The notes under the pieces are model-generated. The model did no database searches, had not been told where the DNA came from, and saw nothing but the letters and a program-made list of their open reading frames with translations. Made by a program: the position numbers and the translations under genes. Below, piece after piece: positions 1 to 13,814 of a stretch of DNA of 64,000 nt. Position 1 is the first letter of the stretch; every line of letters begins with the position of its first letter. The stretch comes from the human T2T-CHM13v2.0 reference genome, Homo sapiens. The stretch is taken from the NCBI RefSeq assembly GCF_009914755.1, contig NC_060930.1, one strand, 5' to 3'.

Positions 1-106
1 CCCGGTGTTTAGCCCCCAAATTCTGAGGAAAAATAGGAGAAAATAGCAAGCAAAATGGGTCCAATTGTACTCACCACTTGGAAATATTCCAGATGAGCCC
101 CCAAGA
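1..106 (-). mobile_element. ERV internal leader (PBS plus splice donor), continuing out of the window
   Basis: Minus strand TGGGGGCTCATCTGGAAT (86-103) is 15/18 to the tRNA-Pro PBS TGGGGGCTCGTCCGGGAT. It is followed by CCAAGTG|GTGAGTAC and a HERV9/HERV-W-like leader (…AGAATTTGGGGGCTAAACACCGGG). Confidence 0.8.
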
Positions 107-554
107 TGTGTCTGGAGTTGGTTCCTTCTGGTGGGTTCGTGGTCTCACTGACTTCAAGAATGGAGCCATGGACCTTTGCAGTGAGTGTTACAGCTCTTAA
201 AGATGGCATGGACCTGAAGAGTGAGCAGCAGCAAGATTTATTGTGAAGAGCTAAAGAACAAAGCTTCCATAGTGTGGAAGGGGACAAGAGGGTTGCCACT
301 GCTGGCTGGGGTGGCCAGCTTTTATTCCCTTATTTGTCCCTGCCCATGTCCTGCTGATTGGTTCATTTTACAGAGCACTTATTCGTCCAATTTACAGTGT
401 GCTGATTGGTCTATTTTACAAACCTCTAGCCACAGAGCACTGATTGGTGCATTTTTACAGAGTGCTGATTAGTGCATTTTATAATCCTCTTGTAAGACAG
501 AAAAGTTCTCCAAGTCCCCACCCAACCCAGAAGTCCAGCTAGCTTCACCTCTCA
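107..554 (-). mobile_element. LTR12F-type (ERV9-related, ERV1 class) 5' LTR
   Basis: Minus strand starts TGAGAGGTGAAGC and ends CAGACACA. Tandem CCAATCAG units (ATTGG on + at 357, 405, 443), AATAAAA TATA-like box (320-326) and polyA signal (237-242). Followed by a PBS, so this is the 5' LTR. Confidence 0.9.
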
Positions 555-886
555 GCATCTGGTGGTCTGCTGGTGGCAGATCCTGTACGTGCCCTAAATA
601 CAAAAAGGAAGGACTCTGTGCAGGCTGTCTTGAATAGGGATTGCCTAAGCACTGGGAGAAGCAGAGTTTGCAGACAGGAAAGGAGCAGGAGGGCAGAGGT
701 GGAAGATCTAGGAAGCATCAGCAAGATAAACCTTTGAAATATTAGTGTATCATTGTGGAAAACAAGACCCATCTCCTTGGTGAAAAAACCAGGAAAGTCC
801 AGGGATGAAGGCAGAAGTCATCCAGAACCATGTTTATGGTTCCCAGAAATGCTGGGGAAATAATTTTATTTTAAAAAGGAAATTCA

Positions 887-1187
<301 letters not shown>

Positions 1188-1406
1188 AAAAAGGAAATTC
1201 AGTGTAGCCCTCTTTATAAGACAGTTAAACTAAAATCAGCTAATTACATTTTCCAAAATGACACACTTTGACCTTTGAGATGCTCTGAGAGTCTCCTCTG
1301 AGAATCAGAGAAGATATGTTAACTAGGAAGCCATCCATCAGTGTGGAAGGATGGATTGCTAGAAATTTACTCTGGCCTGATCTTACATGCTGAGGTGAAC
1401 TCTGGC

Positions 1407-1645
1407 AAGGCTGAGTATCCCTAATCTGAAAATCTGAAATCTGAAGTGCTCCAAAATCCAACACTTTTTGAGAGCTGACATGATGCTCAAAGAAAATGTT
1501 TATTAGAGCATTTCAGTTTTATTTTTATTTTTTGGATTAGTGAAGTTCAACTGTTGTAACTGCAAATATTGCAAAATCCAAAAAGAAAGCTAAAATTCAA
1601 AACACTTCTGATCCCAAGCATTTTGCATAAGGGATACTTAACCTT
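1407..1645. mobile_element. Tigger4a/MER46A-like TcMar-Tigger MITE
   Basis: Inverted ends AGGCTGAGTATCCCT…AGGGATACTTAACCT with internal AAATCTGA repeats (CpG-decayed AAATCCGA). Confidence 0.85.
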
Positions 1646-1649
1646 AGTC

Positions 1650-2660
1650 CCAGAAAATCCAACTCATTCCAATATGAGTGACAACAAAAGGAATAAACAA
1701 GCATCAATAAAAGTTACAATACAAAATTTTCTATAAATGAGGAAGACTCACCAAAAAAAAAAAAAAAAAAAATCACAAAGCAGATGAACACTGTAGCCCT
1801 CTTAATGAAAGATCAAAGCATGAAGGAAGGTTATAGGACAGAAATAAAAGAATTTGGAGAAAAGATGCTCAAAGACCAGGGATGATCTCTATTAAAAAAA
1901 CATGATAAAATAGGAAATGGAACAATTTCAGAAAAATAGACACCAAAATCACTTCAGAAATGAAGAAAAATTATAAGGAACTCAATGGGGAATAGATCCT
2001 ATGAGAGTCCAGTAAGAAATTTGTGAAAAAAAAAATTGATAAAGAACAAAATAAAATGAAAATGAAGTCAGAGAAAGAAGGAAAAAATTGGGAGAAAATA
2101 AAAAATATAGATCATAGATATATACAATCCAAACTAGCATAAGTACAGAGTCCTGAAAAGAAAAACAATGAATCTGAAATTTTAAAAAAATTCAAGAAAA
2201 AAATTATGAAATTAAAACAAAAAAGGCTTGGTTCTTCATATTGCAATGACTCATTATCTGTAGAGGAAAATTAACCTAAATGTCAACACTAATACATACG
2301 CTACAAAGGTAATAAATTTTAAAGATAAAGAAATAATGCATATGTCAGATACTTAAAGAGATCAAGTCACTTAAGAAGAAAATCAGTTTGGCATGAGGCT
2401 TTCACAAGAACATTCAATACTGGAGGACATTGAAGCTACACACTGACTATTCAAGAAAACGAAGTATTATCCAACCTGCCCTTTAAGTAGAACAGCTGTA
2501 AACAGTTGTGAACAGTAAGAGTTAGAAAACATTGTTTACAAGAGTCTTGAGGAAACTAGTACAAGATGAACTTTAGCCAAGCAAGAGATGACTAATAAAA
2601 ACTTAGCAAAAAGATTTATGATTAATACCTTCAGAAAGTTTTATAATTAAACAGTAAAAT
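1650..2660 (+). mobile_element. Ancient L1M/HAL1-type ORF1-region fragment
   Basis: A-rich sense strand with AAAATCAGTTTGGCATGAGGCTTTC and GATGAACTTTAGCCAAGCAAGAGATGA motifs typical of old L1ME/HAL1 ORF1 ends. Confidence 0.6.
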
Positions 2661-3154
2661 ACTCTGGTGGAAGAAACATCTGTGAATAAATGAGAATTAG
2701 CTGATATTCTTCTGTTTTATGCCTTTGCATATAATAAGAGTGGGGAGCAAGTACATAACAACATAACACCTGTTAGGGAGGGGTCAGAAGTTCTACTACT
2801 AACCAGCTATGAAATGTTGCTGACATACTCACTATCCTAAGCTTTGGAATTTTTATCTTATGTGTGAACAAATTTAGAATCTGATATGCCAGAGTAATTA
2901 AAATTAAAGGTCGAATGCTTAGCTTTGGGACAAGAAAGACCATATATAGTGAAACAACAAATGGACCAGAAAACTACAAACTATAGTACTTGTCCCATCT
3001 ACAAGACTCAGAAGTCAAATGTTGATCACTTTCTTTGTCTCTGTTTTCTCATTGTAAATTGTGAAGAAATTGACAATAACATGGTCTTATTTTTATGCTT
3101 TTCTTTGTATATTATTTTGTTATTGTTACCACAAAGACTGAAATAACAAACTTT

Positions 3155-3435
3155 TGTTTACTCATTCAATATTTATTTAGCACGTACTATATGTCATGAA
3201 CAGTTCTAGTGAATAATCAAAGACAAAATCTCTACTCTTATAAACCTTATATTTTAGTTAGGGCTAGGGAAAAGAAAATAAGCCATAAGCATTATAAACA
3301 AATAAATTCCATAGTGTGTTACAAGACAGTAAGTATTACAGAAACAAATGAAGCAGATTAAGAAGGGCAAGGAATGTTGGGGGAATAATTTTGTTTTTAA
3401 AAGGAAATTTAGTGTAGGCCTCATTATAAGACAGT
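3155..3435 (-). mobile_element. L2 3' end
   Basis: CTCATTCAATATTTATTTAGCACGTACTATATGTCA…AGACAAAATCTCTACTCTTATAAACCTTATATTTTAG is the typical antisense L2 tail. Confidence 0.7.
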
Positions 3436-3499
3436 TAAACAAAAATTAGTTAATCACATTTCCAAAAATGAAGACACTTTGACCTTTGAGATGTTCTAG

Positions 3500-4170
3500 A
3501 AAAATTTTCAAATTATGTCTCCTTTATGAAAAATTAGACTATTGATTTGACGTTGTATTTTCTCTGTCAGAATTAACCCACGATTTTCGCCAAGTCTCTT
3601 ATTTTACTATGCCAATACATTGACTCTGATTTTAAGTATATTTGTTTCTTTTATATTTTCTACTTAGATAAATTTTGTTATTCTTTTTCTAACTTCCTGT
3701 GCTAAAACTTCTCTTGCTTTCTTTTTCATTTTTTCCGTTTAATAGCAGCTTATAAAACTGTAAATTTCATTTGAGTAGTTTTTATCATATCTCATACATT
3801 TTTATAAAGAATGTACTAATTATTTTTTTATAATTGTAATTTAATTTTTTTATTATACCCAAGAGTTATTTAGGATAGAGCTTTTCTTTTAATTTCCAAG
3901 ACTTTGTGTTTACTTTAGTTATTAATTTCTGGTTTGTTACATTGTGGTCAGCAAAAAGATATTTGGATTATTTTGTATTTTGTTTCTATTAAACTTTTCT
4001 TCATCATCTCATATGTAGTAAATTTCAGTAAGTTATATCTAGAAACTTGAAAATGAAACATATTCCTGTCAGTACAAAACAGATTTTTATGTGTGGATAT
4101 ATGACTACTGTTCGTATGACTATGTTTTTGTGAATTTTTGCATGTCTCCAATAGTTGGTGTGATATTTAT
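3500..4170 (-). mobile_element. Ancient L1M ORF2 (endonuclease end) fragment
   Basis: T-rich; TTAATTTCTGGTTTTGTTACATTGTGGTCAG is antisense to the L1 SDHN motif region. Confidence 0.65.
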
Positions 4171-4314
4171 TTAAATAATGAGTTTGTCTCAATGTAGGTT
4201 CTGTTTTTGACTAGTATAAAGACAATCCTTTGCATGTGAATAAAAAATAATTTAGCACAGAAGTGGAAGACAACAAGTCGATATGAAATCTGAGTTGGCA
4301 GAACTCACACTCAT

Positions 4315-4333
4315 ACACACACACACACACACA
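4315..4333. repeat. (AC)n microsatellite
   Basis: About 9 AC units, read directly. Confidence 0.9.
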
Positions 4334-5346
4334 AATAGACCAAAAACACACAAACACATAAGAGAAATAACAACATTGGAAGGAGTAAAAAGAGGCTAAA
4401 CACTGGAAAAGATAATAAAGGATAATGAGAGGGAAATTTTTAATGGAATTTTTAAAAATTTCTAAAGTAAATATATACTGTTAAACAAGCATCAACATTG
4501 ACATAATTAAAATTCCCTAAGGAAAGTAAAATCAGCTATACGTACATGAAAGCCACTATCAGATTAGGTATTCATGCATTCCGATTTAACAAAGAAAACC
4601 CTGGGTTACACCTGTTTTTCTAGTGTCCTGTGCAGTTATTGTTCTATTCCCTATAAATAGTGTATTTTTCTTGAAGACATATTACCAAGTCACCCTAAGA
4701 ATGAAGGGAAAAGTCACCTTGGCTTCAGATTTCTACATAGCAACATTCATTATTAGAAGATGGTTGAGCAACATTTACAAGGTACCCAAGTTATAAAGTT
4801 TGACGTTTACATCCAGCCAAATTTTACCTCTGTTATAAACACTGCAACTAAACGTTTGAATGCATACTAACTCTGGTAATTTGGCACTCATGAGATTTTC
4901 TTGAAAAAATTACTAAATATCTAACATTAGCCAATTAAATATGACTAGAGAAATTCACAAAAAAGACTAGGAATAAGGATTTAAAATATTTAACTGCAGA
5001 AGACCAAAAAAGGGTAGGACAAAGGTGGTGACAAATTATAATATAACTTTTTATATGGAAAGAATATGGTTCTTAACACTTTAGAAGCAGAAGGGAAAAA
5101 GATAGGACAGAATAAGTTTGCAGTTTGCATTTCAAGAACTAGAGGCAACAAAATATCATTAAAAATAAACAAGTAATAAGAGTTTTAGCAAATTGATAAA
5201 TAAATCAAGGAATAAGAGTATTAGCATATTTAAGAGAAAAAGTATATTTAAGGAAATGCATACTGTTGATTAAAATTGAATCATGAAGAAGAGGAGTGGA
5301 GAGGTAGAGAACAATAGAAAACTTTCTAACTATAATAAGAAACACG

Positions 5347-5575
5347 AGAACACATGGACACATGGAGGGGAATAACACACACTGGGGGCTGTTGTGGGGT
5401 GGAGGGCTGGGGGAGGAAGAGCATCAGGAAGAATAGCTAATGGATGCTGGGCTTAATACCTGGGTGATGGGTTGATCTGTGCAGCAAACCACCATGGCAC
5501 ACATTTACCCATGTAACAAACCTGCACATCTTGTACATGTACCCTGGAACTTAAAATAAAAGTTGAAGAAAAACA
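5347..5575 (+). mobile_element. 5'-truncated L1PA13-16-type 3' end
   Basis: GAGAACACATGGACACATGG…AGCATCAGGAAGAATAGCTAATGGATGCTGGGCTTAATACC…AACTTAAAATAAAAGTT plus A-rich tail. Confidence 0.85.
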
Positions 5576-6329
5576 AAATCACAAAAACGAACAATAAATA
5601 AAAACCAACCATGAAGAAAAAAAAAACTTTACAAGCCATCTAAAAAGAAAACATCACATATGACAAAATTAAAACCCATATATGTCATAGCATTAAATAT
5701 AAATGAGTTTGACCTATTAAAGAAAGAAATGTTCTGCTTAGATTATAATGCAAACACCAACTTTGGATATTTACAAGAGACACATGCAAAATAAAATGAT
5801 TTTCTAAGTCTGAAAATAAAAGAAGTGTCAACTGTAAACTAAAAAATAATATCAATATCACAAGCTCAACATAAAATTACATGGATTTCGACCTCAAATT
5901 ATTAAAGGAGACCAAAAGGGCACTTTGTAACGCTAAAAGTTGCAACTCATAATGAATATATTACAGTTATAAATATACAATTATGTATTGAATAAGCAAA
6001 AATTATATGTCAGAAATGATAGGAGAGACAGTAGCAGTAAGATTTTAATTTACTCTTCATTATATTACATATGAAATTAGAGAAAAATAAACATAGAATA
6101 TGAATAATGTAATTACTAAGATTACTCTGATGTATATAAGTTTTGGTGGCAGAAAATAGGGAATACATCATTTTTTTTTTCAAATACCCATAGAACAGTA
6201 ACATTCAATGACCACTGAGAAGGTGAGAAGACTATAGAATATGATCAATAAGGTATGACTGATTGATATGTACAAATTCTGGGCAGAGGAAAAAAAAATC
6301 AGTCCGTGCTTATACAATTTAACATATAT

Positions 6330-7055
6330 AATTCTTGAATTGAATAAGATATGACCAGACATGCCAAGATACAGAACCAAATAATTTAAAAACAAAAGGA
6401 AAAAATGACACAGAGACAGACCCAACAGTGGTTCAAGTATTGAAATTATTAGACATTAACTTTAAATAACTATGCTTAATATATTTGAGTATATATGAAA
6501 AGTGAAGAATTTTAGCATAGAATTAGAATATATGGAGAAAATTTAATTAACATTATAGAAATTTAAAACACAGTAACTAAATAAGCATTTAATAGATGAA
6601 TTTAAAGCCAAATGAGACATAGCAGAAACTATGACTAATATAGCTAAAACATGGAAAATACATAAAAGATATATAATGAATGGAGAGTTTTTGGAGCCCC
6701 AGAAACTTTGAAGACAGAAGGAATAAAGAAAACTAGCCATGCATTTTTCAAAACTGATGGGAGCCATCAAGTCAAAGTTTCAGGAAACTCTTCATACTTC
6801 AAGAGGGGAAAAATAAGAAGAAAAAAAAGTAGGGGAAGAAAGAAAAACAAAATCATACTCTAGCCACATTCTCTGAGCCATGGAATAGGTAGTGTCTGGG
6901 AGGGAGCCTGAGTGAAATGTCCGGGATGTTATTAATATTCTATATCTTAACCTAGGTGGTAGTTGTACAGGTATTATCACTGTGTAAAAATTCATATAGC
7001 TTAAGATGTGTGCATTTTACAGTATGTATGTTACACTTCAATTTAAAAGTTTAAA
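6330..7055 (+). mobile_element. Old L1MC/L1ME fragments (ORF1 start region and a 3' end)
   Basis: TATTGAAATTATTAGACATTAACTTTAAAATAACTATG (ORF1 start region) and TATTCTATATCTTAACCTAGGTGGTAGTT…TGCATTTTACAGTATGTATGTTACACTTCAAT (L1ME 3' end). Confidence 0.6.
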
Positions 7056-8204
7056 GAATAGTTCTAAATTTTTGTTTCTTATTTAGCAAGATATCCCTCC
7101 CTTCACTATGTCCTGGCCATAATGGACTTTATAGAAGAAGGCAAGATAAACAACACATTGGGAAAAACAGAATGTAACATCAGATATGAACTGAACAGTA
7201 AAATCCTGTCTCTTCTTACCTGGCATATTTCACTTTAAAAGAAAGACAGGAGGAGTCACGAGTGGTTATAGTATTTGTTCCTGTTTTCACCCTTTGCTAG
7301 TAGAACTCCAAAGAGGAATGTCCAGAAAAATATATTAAACAAGGTTTAGAAAGCTCAAGACCATTGGCAAGATATTAGATGCTGCTAGAATTTTGTCCCT
7401 GGCATGTTTGGGCAGCTTAAACTCCCTGGGAAAATTCCCTCATATGATTAGTATTAACCTACTACAGGATAGTACTGCTGCTATAGCTTTGGAAGATGTA
7501 CAGACCTGGAAGCAGCCCTCCAAGCTCCTCGTTACCTATGCAGTATGTGCAGGAGACCCATAAGTTTCCACAACCACCAATGAGAGATTGTGAGCACTGC
7601 AGGAGCACTTCAAGGAGAGCAATGAGAGACATCGTGGCATGACAAAGTGGCTTCTGTGTGTGAGATTTACTATTCAGGGTATACACTTTTGTAGGGCATC
7701 CAGTAGTCACTCCCCAAAGCCAGAAGTCATCAGTAGCATCAGTCATACTTCAGCTTGCACCAGCACAAAAAGCAGAACCAAATTAGCCACTCTTCAGCAG
7801 CAATTAGTGAGTGTAGAAGGGGTAAGCAATAATCTGAAGCTTCCTTCTGCCTTTCCTGCTTATGGACAAAACAATCCCTCTTAGATTTCTACACTCCAAC
7901 ATGCAAAGAGGGAGGGGGTCGGGATGAAACTGTAAGAGACTAAGCATTCATCTAAAAGGGCCTGAATAATCTTAAAAAGCAAAGTCAGCACCAATAAAGA
8001 ATTTAATTTTGAATAGAATGAATATTTTAAATACTTATAAACCTTAGTAAAATATAAGGAAGTGACACTATATGAACTTACACGTGAGAAAAATCAGGTC
8101 ACCATAGGAAATAAAGATGTATGTATTTTTGGCACATCAGAGCATAGGGCATCAATTTATGACAGTTAATGATCAATTTATGACATCGAAGAAACCAATT
8201 AAGT

Positions 8205-8680
8205 AGCAGATACCATTTTATACCTTCTAAACTAACAAAAATCTAAAAAATGATTATTCCAAATACTGGCAAAATTATGGTAAAATCATTGCACATATAT
8301 ACCGGTGATGGAATAAATTAGAACACAATTTGGAAAAAGAAAAGTTATATATTACAAGTAGATACATGACAATATGTCCTGAGGAAATATTTCATGAGAA
8401 TCTACTGCAGTGTTATTTATGAAATAAAATGAATGAGAGCAATGTAAATGGCCAAAATGAACAAATAATTAAATAAATTCTGGTACCTCAACTCTATGAA
8501 ATGTTAGCCATTAAAAATGTATAATTATTAAAAGCTGCATTGATATATAAAAAGTACTTAGTGGAAAAAGAAAATAGATAAAAATAAAGTTGTATATTGT
8601 ACTAAAGCTCATAAGTATTTAAAAATTCTGTATTTTATTAAAGCCTAGAACAAAAATGGAAAAATAAAAATTGTTTAACC
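8205..8680 (+). mobile_element. L1ME-type 3' region fragment
   Basis: GATACCATTTTATACC…AAATACTGGCAAAATTATGG…CAGTGTTATTTATG…AAATGGCC pattern of old L1 ORF2 end/3' UTR. Confidence 0.55.
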
Positions 8681-8794
8681 ACAGAGGGTGAGAAGATACA
8701 TTATAAATACAAAATAAGAGCCAGTCATAGTTATGAAAAATCAGACTGACTTCATGCCTGAGTCTCTCTCATTGGCTGCCCGCTCTCCAAGATC

Positions 8795-9000
8795 AGCAGC
8801 GCAGAGGCGTTATGAATCCAGGGCTTGATTCTTGGCTTCTCTACCCCACTAACCAGGGGACCTCAGGCAGTTTACTTAACCCCACTTTGCCCTAGTTTCC
8901 TCATCTATAAAACGGGATTATGGTAATACCTAACAGTGTGGTTGAGAAGCTTAGATAACTTCTTCTATTAAAGCACTTAGAAAATAATCTCAGCAATCCA
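8795..9000 (+). mobile_element. MIR
   Basis: Core GACCTCAGGCAGTTTACTTAACC…AGTTTCCTCATCTATAAAACGGG…TAAAGCACTTAGAA. Confidence 0.8.
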
Positions 9001-9879
9001 TTAGCATTCTGAGTTAACTGTTCTTGTTTTCCTTCGTTGGATGATATGAGCAATACATCACGGTTCCTAAACAAAGCATGTGGCAAATACTGAATCATTC
9101 TTGAACTGAATTAGCTTTATAATGTAATGAAAGAATGTGAGTGCATCTGTCTTTTTGTTTTGATTCCTTTTGTTTGTTTGCAGTATAGTTAACGTGTACA
9201 ATCTTTTCTGTTGGTATTGAATGGGTAATTTTGGTAGCAGACAAATTGAGTTATTTAAATAAGAATGTTCTTCTTAGCAGTGTCTTAAAGGCAAAATAAA
9301 TACTGAGTCCATGCAGCTGACTGATATTCAGACAAAATGTTTAAGTATCTATATTTCCCACTTTTCAACATATGTTGTAGTAGTTGTCATCATGCAAACA
9401 GACTTGGTATGTTTCACCTCAATTTGCATTAGCTACATTTGCCGAAGAGTTAGAATCAGTGGTCTCTGAATTTCCCACAGAAGCAATGAAGACCACAATC
9501 AGTTATTTCACGCTGGAACATAAAATTTTATAGGTTCTTTTACTCTCCAGTCATCCTATGTGTGTACAAAATTAACAGAGGAATATACTTAAAGTTTTAT
9601 GCTTTTCTAAGTTATTTTTTATAACTTAATCTTTACAAGTAAAAAACAAATACCCTAGAGAATAATTATTTGAATGTAAAATAATCAAAATATATTCTAG
9701 TCTTTCTCTTCCCTCTAAATGTTCTTCTTTCTCTTCCCCTTATGTAACCATAACTCACCTCCACTTTTCCCTTGCTCTTTTGCCTTTTTTTCTATTTGTG
9801 TCCTCTTTTAGACTCTGAGCACAAGAATTGATATAAGTTGTCTGTCTATGTGGATTCTTCCATAGACAGTACATGAGAT

Positions 9880-10594
<715 letters not shown>

Positions 10595-12788
10595 AAGAAC
10601 AAACCAAAAAGTTAGAGCATGTGATCCATTACAGCTGATCATACGTATCAGTACATACATACATATCAGTAACAAAAAGTTTGATCCTTCCTAGTACTAT
10701 TGACCAAATATTTTAGGGTAATATTCATTTTTTTATTTAAAGTTAATTTTTTCTATAATATTCCCTTCTTTTATATTATTTCATATTACATAATTTAGGT
10801 TTATGAGATGAGAAATTTATAGTTCCTTCAGATATCTAAAAGAAATTTATTTTTTACTCTTCATGGAAAAAGAGTTCAGTACCAAATTATGTTTGCATGT
10901 TGGTCAGTTTGTTCGTATGGTGGGTTCATTGGTAGGTCGATTATATTTGACTTAGGTATTACCCAAAGCTTAGGAAACTATAAAATAATAGGAGGTGTGA
11001 TGAGAGAGATTCCCCTGAGGCACCATAAATGTTTATCTAAAAAGAAAGCTGAATTCAGCCCAAAGCAGGGTTTAGAACTTTTATTTTATTACATGGCCAT
11101 TTGGATTAAAATAATAAAAACTACCTAACCTGTTTGTTATGATTCATACTGTATTATAATTTTTCAGTAAGTGATAAAGTTCTTGTGGTCAGAGTTGAAA
11201 ACCACTGAAATATATTTTACATGCAGGTGGTTTCCTTCAATAGTCAGAATTTGAGCATGCTCATCTTTGTTTTCCTTCTGAGATGAAAAGAGAGTTTGAC
11301 TCTACACATAAAGGAAATAGTTTTCTAACTGACAAATTATTAATTATTGGTTTATATTGTCTCTGTTGGAGCATCCTAAACTGGAGAAATACAATTTAAG
11401 TGCTACCTTTTATTTATTTCTACTTTTACCTCACTTTTACAACTTTCTCTATGCCTGTAAGAACACTCTTCCCCAAAGATCTCAAAATAAGTACTTGAAT
11501 AAAACTACAATCTAAGTATAGCTATAAAGAATGCATTTAATTTCAAGTGCTGCTATAAAGAATTTTACAAATGGCATGACAGGGTCCTTTTACTGTCCTC
11601 AATTTCATTGCATAGCTTTCCTAACAGCCCTCCTGAGAGCAAAGCTAGTCTACTCTCAATCCTTTTTATCAATTCACTCAGTTACAAAAGAAGAACTTTA
11701 TCCTGACATTATGGGTATTGTTCTACTTATTTGCAGTGTCCCCATTGTTACTTTCTCTGAAATATAGTGCTGAACACAGATGCAGTTTCTGAAGAACCTG
11801 CAAGTATTGTCAGCATTAATGATGTAAGTTCAAATTTTGTCCAAGTAAGCTAAAAGAAAACAACCCATTAGCTAAAATCAAATGTGTTCTTCAATCAGCA
11901 CCAGTCCTCAGACAAGTTAGAAAGTGGTATTGCTTCCCTTCTTCTGAAAATTTTCTTAATGAAAGGCCCTTAGCAGGGCTTTTACTCATCATACATCTGT
12001 CAATGCTAATTTAATTAGGTATTAGACAATTTCTTCTTTTAAGTCAGTATATTCCAAACTGGGGTTTTCAGATTTCACATATCCACAGATGATTTATAAT
12101 CATTAGAAATTTTTTAATTTTGTACTTTTGTGATAATCTAAAATTTAGACAAAAATGGTGGAAGAATTGCACAATAACAAGGCAAATGTTAATCTAGGAA
12201 TGACAAATTCAACAAAGCATTGGCCTTGGTTATCAGTCTTGTGCTCATCTTTCCAGCAAACAAATGCATCTTAACAAAAACAAATGATGTGTTATATTAC
12301 CAAAATGTGGTTTGGGAGAATCTCAAAGAATATATACTGAGGGAAATAAAGAAGACACAAAAGCATGAACTACTCCATTTATATGAATTTCAGGAAGAAG
12401 CAAAATTAATCTCCAACTGTCAGAGGTGTTTAAACCAGAGTGACTCCATCTTGAATACATGCTGGGTAAAATAAGTCTGAGACCTACTGCACTGCATTCC
12501 CAGGAGGTTAAGGCACTCTTAATCACAAGCTGAGATAGGAGGACGACACAGGATGCCAGTCATAAAGACCTTGCTGATAAAACATCATGCGGTAAAGAAG
12601 CCAGCCAAATCTCACGAAAACCAATATGGCAACAAAAGTGACCTCCGGTCATCCTCATTGCTCATTACAAGCTAATTATAATGCATTAGCATGCTAAAAG
12701 ACACTCCCACCAGTGCCATGACAGTTCACAAATACCAAGGCAATGTCAGGAATACCTTATATGGTCAAAAAGGGGGAGAAAACCTCAG

Positions 12789-12818
12789 TTCCAGGAATTG
12801 TCCACACCTTTCCCAGAA
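12789..12818. promoter_or_regulatory. Tandem GAS (STAT) motifs TTCCAGGAA and TTCCCAGAA in MER41B
   Basis: Both fit TTCNNNGAA (12789-12797, 12810-12818). Function is not shown by the sequence. Confidence 0.55.
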
Positions 12819-12976
12819 AACTCGTGAATAATGCATCCCTTGCTTAGCATACAATCAAGAAATAACTGTAAATATCTTTAGTCTAGCAGCCTAGGCTACT
12901 GCTCTGATTATGAAGTAGCCATTCTTTCTTGGCTACTGTTCTGATTATGAAGTAGCCATTCTTTTATTCCTTTACT

Positions 12977-13602
<626 letters not shown>

Positions 13603-13814
13603 TATTCCTTTACTGTCTTAATAAACTTGCTTTCACTTTACTGTATGGATTCACTTCAAATTCTTTCTTGCGTGAGATCCAGGAACCCTCTTTTGGGGTC
13701 TGGACTGTGAGCCATTTTCAGTAACAAAACTAGTGGTTACATCTGTGGCAAGGAGGTGGATGGTGGACTGTGCTGACTGAGAAAGGGAATGAGGGAGTCA
13801 TCTGGGGTTTTATA

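Larger units (their letters stand above)
4200..6250 (+). mobile_element. Ancient L1ME-like ORF1 end to ORF2 start
   Basis: TGGCTTCAGATTTCTACATAGCAACA (ORF1 end), then TTAAATATAAATGAGTTT and TTTACAAGAGACACAT (endonuclease LNVNG/LQETH-like). Interrupted by an L1PA 3' end. Confidence 0.6.

Noticed and set aside
7100-8150. Unassigned ~1-kb block with ORFs on both strands
   Set aside because: No recognisable protein or splice structure; probably an old LTR or L1 5' fragment that I cannot name.
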